Source: Bispira polyomma (taxonomy: Eukaryota). Taken from it: a stretch of 64,000 nucleotides of DNA. The notes below the pieces were generated by a model. It searched no databases. It worked only from the letters and a program-made list of their open reading frames with translations, and was not told the DNA's origin. This document shows, piece after piece, positions 42,201-54,200 of the stretch. The position numbers were made by a program, and so were the translations under genes. How positions within the stretch are numbered: the stretch's first letter is position 1; the number at the start of each line of letters is the position of its first letter. The DNA is taken from contig OZ287750.1 of the NCBI GenBank assembly GCA_965649765.1, forward strand, positions 76,012,001 to 76,076,000. Reading direction: 5' to 3'.

Positions 42201-45200
42201 AAACATCAACAATAACAAAACACAAGCTCTGTTGTCAAAGTCATACATAAGCCACAGCACTTTAAATGGTTCAGTTCACCTTCATATAAGTGTAAACATT
42301 TTCAAACATCAACAATAACAGAACACAAGCTATGTTGTCAAAGTCATACAAAACACACCAGCAGATCCTCAGCTAATTCACTCATTTCAAGAAAACATCA
42401 GAAATACACAAGTGACATTGACCCAGTTTTAATGATTCACACTGACATTTCAATCACAAGCAAGTGTTTTTTCCTGCATATCCACTCCAACAGGGTCAGT
42501 TTCTATGCTTTTGTTAACACATGTTCTTTATAAAAACTCCAAGCCAACAAAGTTTATCAATAGACTATCTGAACACACTGTGTTGTACTTTGGCTGATAT
42601 TAATTGTTCAATGTGTTGGTCACTTCATGCATCAGTGCACACCATTGAATTATGTGGAGTTTTTTCACACAATTTTTTATATTTTCACAGAATATTTTCT
42701 TATTTTTCTCTTGTTTTTTCTTTCACAATCTAATAAAACTACAGCTTAATGTAGCCTATGTAATATACTCTTTATCTTGGTGCTAAAATTACACTGTAAA
42801 AACATACTTGTTTCATCTATTATAGCAAAATAGCACAGAACTTCCAAAACATGTCTGGCCTCTATGACACACACACATCATTTATTTTATACTGATATTC
42901 GTAGATGAAACTATATGTGACTACTTTTTATAGCAGAAAGACCAAAAGAAAAGTGTAAATCAAACATTTCTTGTAAATTTTTCAACATTTATTTTGAAAT
43001 ATCGAACGTCTTATTTTACTTAAATATTTATCCTTATTAACAAGCAAGATGTGCGGGCAACTCTGCAGAGATACCTGCCTAACCTAAAACTTGCAAGAAA
43101 TAGGCTTACTGGCAGGTGGCAGTTTTGAATACTGGTTATGGCTAACTTATACTTAATTTATACTTAGAATTATTGAATGTCGGGAGTCCAAAATTGATTC
43201 CAGTTCCAGAAAAATTTGAGTTGTATATATATATATTTTCGAATGAAATTTTTACTTATTTGTACTTGTGTAACATATACTACTCATTTAATCTGCAGGG
43301 AAAGATTTTTATGGGGGGGGGGGGGGGGGGGGGGATTTCCTGTTACATTGGTTCTACTTAAGGAGAGTCTGCTCACTCTGCTGTAGTAGAGACATCTATT
43401 ATCAGAACATGTTTCGAGAATAAAATTTCATTTTAGGCAATGGAAGGTTGATAAAATAGAAGAGCGTTGTCGGTATCAAACAATAGTAACACATTAATTT
43501 TGTGGAGAAGTAAAAAAGAGTTCATCAAATGAAATATTTTGATGATAGTAGTTTGAATTTTGGAGGTTCTACTGTGTACTCTGACCCTATTGTTTGGTAT
43601 ACAATAGACTTTGTTAACATCAATTTACTTTAAGCTAAATTCTACTGGTTGTTTTCTGGGTTTTTTAAAAACAAGTCACAAGCTTTATTTACACAAAAAC
43701 ATAAACTTTACACTGTTTGTTCTTGTATCACAAAAACAACACCATGTAACACAACAAAGACACTCCAAAAACAAACTGTAATAACTTGTATAACTAGTGA
43801 TTAGTATTCCCACAAATACCATTACATTATACAGTAGACTCTGTATAACTAGAACCTCCAATATCCATAGGATTTGATTCTAGCTATAGCTAAGTTACAC
43901 TTATACCTTCAAAAATACAGCATTTTCTGATGTTGGGACCTCAAAACTGGTTTCACTTATACCTAAAGTTGACTTACACTGGTTCTACTTTTACAGAGTC
44001 TACTGTAGTATGATGCTTCTACCACTTTCCAGTCTATTAAAATATTTGTGTACATCTTTTAGATTATAGCAGTTATGTTTGTAAATCAATTTAATTGTGA
44101 CGTTAAACACGTTTAGTCCAGAAATTGGACTAGTCCGGATTTTGGAACATTGACAACACTATGGACATTATTATTTTTTTTTTAACAACTCTGCTCTTTA
44201 ACAATATACTAGTGATTAACCACTGCAGTTAAGATATCATCTCTAAACATAAGATATTGTACCAAGATATTATAACATTGGACAACTTATGTGTACTATT
44301 TGTTACATTTACGCATAAATAGCATTATATAATAAACCTATTTACATTATGAAGAAAAAAGAGAAAAAACATTGGTCCAAAGTTAATTTTAGTTCCTTTG
44401 AATACTAAGACCAGGGGTTGTATTCACAAACATTCTTAGACTACAACTCTTAGAATTTTCTTAATCTCGGAAATAATGCTTTTAGCCAATCAATTTGCTT
44501 AAGACAAATATTTCAGAACTAGAATCTTTACTGATTCTAGTTAAAAAAGGTGAACTTTAGACAACAATGTCTAGATACTTTGGTTTTAAAACTTGTAACT
44601 TGTTATCTTACTGCAATAAGTCTACCTTAAATAGTGTTTCATGTAATTATTTTCTAGTTTGTTTCAGTTTTATCTACTGGTTTTGAAGCTGATGTTTGAT
44701 GTAATTTGAGATTTGCTACTCTTTATTTTGAAGTAGAATGATTGATCTAGGTCTGTAAAAATGACTTTGCTTTATGGTGTGGAAACATTTGAGAAATTTA
44801 TCCCTGATGTACAGAATATAAATATTATGATAAATGTTTTATATTGATGGCATGTTAAAAAAACCCACAATTGATCAAATGTTCCTCAACCATATCATGT
44901 CTGTTTATTCAAAACCAAATGTTATTTTACTAATTTAAAAATTTTAAAATGATCTTATCTTCTTTGTTTCTAGCAAGTTGTGGGTGTCTGGGCCCAGGAA
45001 GTGAGGGATGCCACTGCAGTAGCCGTCAACCACAAGTATACACTCATGGCTTTTGGCTGTAAAGAGTGAGTACTATAAACCAGCATGTATTGTACAAAGT
45101 TCACTTAAGGACCTAGTGTTGTGAAAATGAGTTGCCAATGTTTGCTAAATGAGTTAAACAAGGTATAAGTAGAATAAAATATGTGTGCTTTATACATTTG

Positions 45201-48200
45201 CATTTCCCTATAACAATATCAATCCACATTGAAGCTCTTGGGTAAAAACATTTTATTGTATATTCTGCAATTTTTAACAAAAAAAGTCATTGTCATTTGT
45301 TTTTGAAAATTTCGTTTCTGGAAGTCCAGCTATATTGTTATATGTGCTGAATGGTATGGGATTTACTAAACCCTGGAAGTACTTGCTGTTGATTAAAGTT
45401 TTACTACACAAGTGCTTAAGAGTGTCCCAAATTTATACTGACTGAGCGTATACATGTTGTCTGGTATTAAAACGTTATTTAACCTTTTTGTGACTTCAGT
45501 GTTTTGTGTTGTTCCTTTATCCTTGGAATTGATTAATTAAAATTATTTTTATTACAGTCAAACCCCTTTATGTATAACTTTGAGTCCCATCAAGACCTTT
45601 TTGTTTTAAATGTACCCGGTTTGAACGGTTTCGTGACATAGTATTTATTTCGAGTGGAGAAGGCCTTGTATTCCACTTAGATGACATGACAGGATCACTT
45701 TGATGACATGATAGTTTCTCATAAACTTAAAGTTTAGTGTCTAGTTTAGTGTCTTCCTGGTATTACTGTTCTGTTTATATATTTCCAGTGGAGAAGGGCT
45801 TGTCTACCACTTAGGTGACATGACAGGCTCTCTGATAGTGTCTCAGAAACTCCAGGTTTTTATGTCCTAGTTTGGTGTATACCTGGTATAAATGTCCTGT
45901 TTGTATATATTTCCAGTGGAGAAGGGCTTGTCTACCACTTAGATGACATGACAGGCTCACTGATTGTGTCTCATAAACTCATAGTCTCCAGCAAAGACTT
46001 TCCAGGTAAAATTTTGTCTATTTCTAGTCTAAGGAGTGTGAGCATTTTAAGGTAGTTTTAAAACTTTAAACTCTAAATTGGGGCGGGATGTTTACAAACG
46101 TGTGGCTATATTGAGTTTCCGGTGACTCAAACAGTTTGAGAATATATTTTTAGCCAATCAAATTGGTTGAAATATAAGCCTAAGATTAAGAATAAATGAA
46201 GATCAACACTGTCCCCACTTTATTTACAAAGGATGAAACACTTTTCCAAAACAAGGTACATATACAAGCATGGCATTATACTATAGTCTACAACATGATT
46301 ACAACGGAGACAAGAATACAACACTGGAAGACTACACAGTGAGATATAAACCAACATAACTTCGCTATTACATAAAACGAGGTGTATTCTGGGGCTTGAG
46401 GGGAGCAAGCGCACGAGGTAGTGCTGTCTGTCGGGGTTGCCTGTGGTGCCTTAGAATTGGGATATGGAGGAGGGGTGGACAAGGTAGGGGCGTTCGTTGG
46501 GGAATTTGTATCGTGTGAGTTGTTATCATCGCAATGTGCATCTGGAGTACCGTAGGAGAGGGTGTGTGGGCTGACAGGTGTGACTAGCGGTCTATTTGGA
46601 CTTGTTAGCACTGGTGAGCGGTCCATAGGTGCAACTAGACTTGACTGTTTCTCTGTGGTGCTCTGTGGAGGCCTGGGTATGTCAGCAACTTTGTTAGCAT
46701 CGATAAATGGGGTGAATTTGCGAAGGTGCTGTCTATTGCGGATGGTCACCCTGCCAGATCCATCTATACGCACAACATACTGATGGTACTGTCGGACTTC
46801 AACGATAGTCCCTGTGCGCTCCCATCTTTTGGGATGGTTCCCTACAAGGCTCTGTAGGTACACATGATCACCAACTTTCAGGGGTGGCAGGTGATGGGTG
46901 TGCTCACTCCATTGCTCCTGCTCTCTTGAGTGACGCTTCGCCAAGGCTCTCTCACGGTGGGACATCAGTTCAGACCATGTTCCATGAGGGGTATACCTGC
47001 CCATGGGGATCGGTATGGCGTCACGTATAGGTCTGCCAAATAGGACCAAGGCAGGAGATGATCGAGTTTCTGGATCAGTGGAATTCCTATACATCAGCAT
47101 GGGTCTCTGAAAAGTATCGACGTCGAGTGACCCACTAGGCGAGATATTGTCCACAAGCATGCGTTTTACGGTTTTTACTGCCAGCTCTGCCCTGCAATTT
47201 GCATGAGGGTTTGTCACAGACGATATCCTTTGTTTGACACCCCAAGCCTGAAGGAATTCTTGTGTTTTATGAGCTTTGAGTTGAGGTCCACCGTCTGACG
47301 TAAGTTCTTCAGGGATACCAAAGGTCACAAATGTCTCGCGCAATCTTTTAATTAAGCCCTCAGCGCCAGATTCTGCACGATACATAGATGGCCAATTGGA
47401 GTATCTGTCAACAATTACCACATAATCCTTGCCATTGTATGTAAGATAGTCAGAGCAGATCATTTGTAATGGGTATTCAGGAGGTTTAATGTCGCATGGA
47501 GGCTGCATAGGATTGGATTTGGCCATTCAGTGGCAATGGGTGCACTGATCCCTTATCCTTGTGATGTCGATTGTGATGTTTGGCCAATAAACAGAATCCA
47601 TGGCCCTAGCACACATGGCACTGACTCCCTGATGGCGGCGTGCAGCTCCTTGACGATTAAAGGGTGTAAATTTGTGGGTACAACCATCCTTTGGCCCAAT
47701 AGTATAACTCCATCGACCAAGCAAAGGCTGGAGGCATATCGGTGGTATGGTCTGAGCTCCATTCTCATTTCTCTGCTGTCAACCGGGAATCCTGTGTCCA
47801 TGTAGTGACTCAGTGTTACAAGGTCCTGGTCAGATGCTGTGGATTCGCGCACCATATCCCAAGTAACAACACTGCTGGTAGTTCTTAATAATGCAGATGC
47901 TGAAGCTGTGATGGCTGTGTCATCAGATAGGTCCATGTCAGTCTCATGTTGATAGAGGCATGCAAAAGTGTCCCTCAGAGTGGCAGCCGTGCTTGTATCT
48001 CTCTCATGTCCATATGGCTCATGATAGGGAATGTCACGAGATGTATTTTCAGCAGGGTGTCTCGATGCTGCGTCAGGCCCTAGGTTCTTTTTACCTGGTA
48101 CATGTACAATAGTGAAGCGGTATGCTAGGGTATTCTCCTTCAGGTTCAGAAGTCGGCGCTTATGAATCTCTGAGAGGGATCTGTTGTTTAGTACCTGGAG

Positions 48201-51200
48201 TAATGGTTTGTGGTCTGTAGCTACGATTAAGTCGTGGCACTCTAGGACATAATAGCGGGTCTGATGCAGAGCGTACACAATAGCTAGCGCTTCGCCTTCA
48301 ATTGGGGCATATCTGCTTTCTGCAGACTGTGTGAACCTACTGCCAACCAGGCACAATTTCCATCCATTCCGGCAACGGTCTGGTGCCTTCAGTGAACAAT
48401 CGCAGTATTTCTGCATCAGGAAAAATCCAATTCCATCAACTGACCACTCAGTGGCAAGGCAAGTGGAGCGTTTCGGGTCAAACAACCGTACACCTTCTTT
48501 CATTTCATGAATTATCACTTCCTTGGAATGTTGAAAAACTGACTCTAACTCCCTTGTCCAGACAAATGGTGTCGACGGCTTCAAAAGCTGGCGGAATGGC
48601 TGCATTTGTCGTGCCATTGAGAAAGCATATGCCCCCTGGTTGACAAGACCGAACCATGCCCTTGCTCCCGTGATGTCATTCGGTGTGGGGAAGCCTCTGA
48701 TGGAGGTCAGGAACTTTTCACTTGGTTGGATTCTTGTTGGAGTGATTGAGAGCCCAGCAAATTCGACCGTATCCTGTGCAATTTGAAATTTCTTTGGGTT
48801 AAGAGTGAAGCCATTTCGTGCGCACAGATCGAGCCAGTCACAAGCTTGGAAAAAGGCACCTTGAATTGAAGAAGACCACATGCAAGTGTCATCAACGCAC
48901 TTAACCTTGTTCCTGAAATTATCAATGATGGAGTCAAATCGCTGGTTTTAAGCGTCCCCACTTGCCAAGAAGCCCTGTGGTGCAACCTTATACCTATACC
49001 GCCCCCATGGTGTTATGAAAGTAGTAAAGTGGCGATCTGCCTCACGTATTGGTACAGAGTGGTACCCATTCCAAGCATCTGTTACAGTCTTTTGTACACC
49101 TTGTGGAACACAATTTGCCAAGTGAAATGGGGTGGGCACATGATGAGTTTGGTGTACCGAATGACAGTTTTGCGGTTGAAGATCGACTGTGCGCTTTTGG
49201 GGTTCCATCAGCTTAACAGTGACTACCATCCTAGAACACCAAGTTGTGGGAGTATTCTGATTAACACGCTCCAATACACCAATGCGAACATCTCTCTCCA
49301 AGTCAGCATAAACTCTATCCTGCCAATGAATTGGTACAAGGGCGGACTTATGCACAGCCACGGGGGTTGCATCCGGGTCAACATGGAGCTCCAGGGGCTC
49401 ACATTTCATGGGAGGCAAAGGCTGGTGTTCGCAGGTGTTGAATGTGGAAGATCCATAATAATCCAATAGCCATTCTTTCAGTGCATCTCTGTTTTTCTCT
49501 GTGGCCTCTAATCCAGGAGGTAAGGTTACAGGCAGTGGGGGCGGGTTATCTTGTCGCCTTGAGCAGGAGCAACCCTCGAGTGAGCTCTCAACGCAAGCTG
49601 CTACATGGGAAGGTGAGGAGGCATCAGGGAAGTTCGGGGGGATCACACCTAGGTCAACTAAGCCTTCCCTACACAAAAAGGCCTTTTCCATGGTGTCAGA
49701 TACATAACACATCAAGTTTGCAGTTTTAATGGTTCCCGAGGCATTCCTAAAGGAGACAGATACCATGATTCCACCAACTACTCCGAGGTCCTCTCTGATG
49801 GCGCCACACATCACCAGTTTCACAGGTAGCAAGTCAGTTCGCTGTAGGCCTAATCCCATTGCGGATCTTAGTGGTATTATAGAACTTTGGCATCCTGTGT
49901 CTGCAACCATGGATAAAACTAACATTCTTAACTTTGAGCTGGGTGCTATCGGAAGACCAAAGCAGGCGTTAGCCGACGGCAGTGGGGTCATAGATATGGA
50001 GATCATTGGGTGTGGCTTTGAAGGTCTGGCCACCCATTTGCCATCATACACGTGATGATCCAGAGCCTGCTCTCTGATCTTACATTGGGACACCAGACAT
50101 AATTGGTCAAACACAAAATTGGCATTGTCCTGGTCATCGCTCTTCTTTCTTGCTGTGGTGGGGCGGCCAATTGGCTGGCTTTGCTGCCTAATGCCTTGAG
50201 GACAAGCTCTGGAGGATTTGTCTCGGTGGCCCCAATTACCGCAGTTGAGACACTTAGTGCATGACGATGTGTAGTGGCCTTTGATTCCACAATTTGTACA
50301 AACCGATAACCAAGCTCCACACTTTCTTGACCTGGTTCTCCTGTCATTTCTCGGTCCATGAGATGCGCCACCGCAAGCCCAGCATTTGTGGCTAACTAGT
50401 TGCTGGTCCTGATTGGGTGATGTGGGGTTAAAGGTTGCACCTGCGGAGTCCCCGACGCCTGATTTCGTCACCTTACCCTGCTCTTTTTGTGCGATGAAAG
50501 ATACCGTCTCTTCTAATGTCCTGTCAGTTTTTGCATCACCAAGGAGGTCAGACATTATTTCTGGGTCTGCAATACCTCTGATGAGGTTGTCTTTTATAAT
50601 TTCATCACTATAGTCAAAAACATGAGTGCAATCGGGTTCTTTGCACCTGGCGGTATAGCTGCAAAGTGAAGCTTGACCCCTGAGGCTGGCAAGGAAGGTC
50701 CGGATGCCACTGTCAGGAGACTGGGTCATTTTACTAAGTTTGATCCGGTGTACCAATATGCTCTCATCCTTCACAGCCAACCTTTTTATTGCTGACAAGA
50801 GGTCTTCCTCCACCATGTTAGCTACATCGCTACGGCTATCACGAAGAATGTCATTGCAGAGGTCTTGGTCACAACAATAGAATAGAGCAGTTGAGAGCAT
50901 GTTCACTGCTATGCCCATTCCAGCTTTGTACATATTCCATTGACGCTTAAATGCCGACCACTGGTCCGGGTCACAGCCGGGTGTAATGGATGGTGGGTCC
51001 AGCTTGAGTTTAGATGGGGGTACAGAGGCTGCAGTGGGATGCGCGGTCCGATCATGCATCTGGAGAGCGGCGGTTAAGGCACCTGCAAATGCTTCAGCCA
51101 GATCTTTGGACTGCCAGGCATATTCTGCAACTGGGCACTGTAATCTAGGCATCTTTCAAGCTAAGATTGTTAGTGACTATCTACACAGCTGTTTTGGTTA

Positions 51201-54200
51201 TAAATTTTGATCCTGGTGGCTGTCATAAATGAAGATCAACACTGTCCTTACTTTATTTACAAAGGATGATAGCCACCTGAAAGTACATGCATGCATAAGG
51301 GTAAGCTATATATACAGACAGCGATGGTTCGCTAAAGAATCTTTGTACATACCAGCCCAGGTCGCATGTAATTGACATCAAGTACCCCCCTGTATTCCAG
51401 ACTGCCAGGCCGTGTGTGGGTCAGTGAGTAGCCTCAAGTGGACACCAGATGGACAGGCCCTGGCCATGACCTGGGATAAAGGGGGCTTTTCTCTGTGGAG
51501 TGTGTTTGGATCTCTACTTCTACACTCTTTACACGTGGACATGGGGTCAGTGAGATATGTGTGATTACATGGGGTCAGTCTGATATGTGTGATAACATGG
51601 GGTCAGTCTGATATGTGTGATTATGTGGGGTCAGTCTGATATGTGTGATTACATGGGGTCAGTGAGATATGTGTGATTACATGGGGTCAGTGAGATATGT
51701 GTGATTACATGGAGTCAGTGAGATATGTGTGATTACATGGGATCAGTGAGATATGTGTGATTACAAGGGGTCAGTGAGATATGTGTGATTACAAGGGGTC
51801 AGTGAGATATGTGTGATTACATGGGGTCAGTGAGATATGTGTGATTATATGGGGTCAGTGAGATATGTGTGATTACATGGGGTCAGTCTAATATGTGTGA
51901 TTGCATGAGGTCAGTGAGATATGTGTGATTACCTAGGGTCAATGAGATAGGTGTGATTACATGGGGTCAGTCTGATATGTGTGATTACATGGGGTCAGTG
52001 AGATATGTGTCCTTACATGGGTCAGTCAGAGATGTGTGATTACATGGGGTCAGTTAGATATGTGTCCTTACATGGGGTCAGTTAGATATGTGTGATTACA
52101 TGGGGTCAGTCTGATATGTGTGATTAAATGGGGTCAGTTAGATATGTGTGATTACATGGAGTCAGTGAGATATGTGTGATTACATGGGGTCAGTCTGATA
52201 TGTGTGATTACATGGGGTCAGTGAGATATGTGTGATTACATGGGGTCAGTGAGATATGTGTCCTTACATGGGTCAGTCAGAGATGTGTGATTACATGGGG
52301 TCAGTGAGATATGTGTGATTACATGGGGTCAGTGAGATATGTGTCCTTACATGGGTCAGTCAGAGATGTGTGATTACATGGGGTCAGTGAGATCTGTGTC
52401 CTTACATGGGGTCAGTGAGATATGTGTGATTACATGGGGTCAGTCTGATATGTGTGAACACATGGGGTCAGTCTGCTATGTGTGATTACATGGAGGTCAG
52501 TGAGATATGTGTGGTTACATGGGGTCAGTGAGATACGTCTCCTTACATGGGGTCAGTGAGATATGTGTGATTACATGGGGTCAGTCTGATATGTGTGATT
52601 ACTTGGATCAGTGAGATATGTGTGATTTCATGAGGTCAGGGAGATATGTGTGATTACATGGGGTCAGTTAGATATGTGTGATTACATTGGGTCACTTAGA
52701 TATTTGTGATTACATGGGGTCAGGGAGATATGTGTGATTATATGGGGTCATTTAGATATGTGTGATTACATGGGGTCGGGGAGATATGTGTGATTACATG
52801 GGATCAGTTAGATATGTGTGATTACATGGGGTCAGTTAGATATCTGTGGTTACATGGGGTCAGGGTGATATCTGTGATTATATGGGGTCAGTTAGATATG
52901 TGTGATTACATGGGGTCAGTTAGATATGTGTGATTACATGGGGTCAGGGAGATATATGTCCTTACATGGGGTCAGTTAAATATATGTCCTTACATGGGGT
53001 CAGTTAAATATATGTCCTTATATGGGATCAGTCTGATATACAGTAGAACCTCTATTATCCAAACTTCTGTTGTCGGAGTGTTCGATCTTTATAAACACAC
53101 TTTCATTCTGAGAAAAGGTACCTTCTCTGTATTGTTAACCTTGTATTATCTTGCTCTAGAAAAATAGAGGTTCTGTTCTGCATGGTTTGAAAGGTTTTAA
53201 TCATAGTGCGTTATATCATTTAATTAAAGTATTCTCAGAAAGTTTCTCTATGCAGTGTTAACCCCCTTGACGACTTTGTCCATCGACCAGCAGACGACGG
53301 CCGTTTCTATTCGCCCGCACCATGCCCCGTCGGCCAGCAGTCGATTGTATAGAATATTATATAGCTCTCTCAAGCACACAGGAATACAATCTACATGGTA
53401 CACAATTCTTTTAACATAAAATTAGATATAGGTTTTAATTTGTGAGGTAATAAGTAGTAGTGAAAATGTCATCTGTGACATCATGGAAGTGGGTCAAAGT
53501 TTTCTCCCTCCGTATAGTAGAATTACTCTCCGTCGGTGGCAAAGGGGTTAATATTTCAAAATTCCAAAAGTTCAATCCACATTTTTTGGTGGTATTGTGA
53601 TGACATTCAATTTTCCTCTCACCTCTTCCATTGTGGGTTCAAATCTTGGCCTTGGTGTGTATGCAGATAAGTACAGTAGAACCTCTATTATCCGAACATA
53701 TTGGGAAAGTGAGAATTTGTTTGGATAATAGAAGGTCTGTAAAATAGAAGGGGCATTTTAGTATAAAACAATAGCAAAAAGATCAATTTGGGAGAGTGAA
53801 ATTGAGTTTGTAAAATCGAATATTCAGATAATAGAGGGGGTCGGATAATGGAGGTTCTACTGTACTTCTAGTAAGGAGGTTATGTTTGTGTTGCTTGTGT
53901 CCATTGGTTTATTCATTCAGTTGTCACTAGGATTACACAAAAAAAAACACAACCCAATTTACATGAAATATGGTGAGCAATTGGGCATTGTGATGTATCA
54001 TAAAGATGGATGTTTAGAGTTGAAATTTCTCTCAGTATTGTTTCTGGAGAAAGGCAATTTATATTGTCCCTACATTTTGGGCTTGTTCACTAATGTGATA
54101 CATGACTGCATGGGCCAAGTAAGAATCCATTAAATGTTAAAACGGGGGCCGTATTTACTAAAGTTCTAATACTTGGAAAATTGTCGAAGAATGAGCTTTA

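Larger units (their letters stand above)
35126..42878 (-). mobile_element. Full-length L1/Tx1-clade LINE: 5'UTR - ORF1(+NADAR) - 1.46-kb spacer - ORF2 (APE-RT-Zn knuckle) - 3'UTR - poly(A)
   Basis: Poly(T) on + strand at ~35126-35167; co-oriented ORF1 and ORF2; whole unit interrupts a hAT MITE. The 5' boundary is approximate. Confidence 0.92.
35017..43134. mobile_element. hAT-type MITE split by the LINE insertion (pieces ~35017-35125 and ~42880-43134)
   Basis: TIRs CAGTGTTCTAAACTACCACC / CAGTATTCAAAACTGCCACC (17/20); perfect 8-bp TSD GTTATGGC at 35009-35016 and 43135-43142. Confidence 0.9.

Noticed and set aside
22688-51210. Numerous 60-150 aa ORFs antisense to or overlapping the retroelement ORFs
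   Set aside because: Shadow ORFs of coding sequence with no recognisable motifs.
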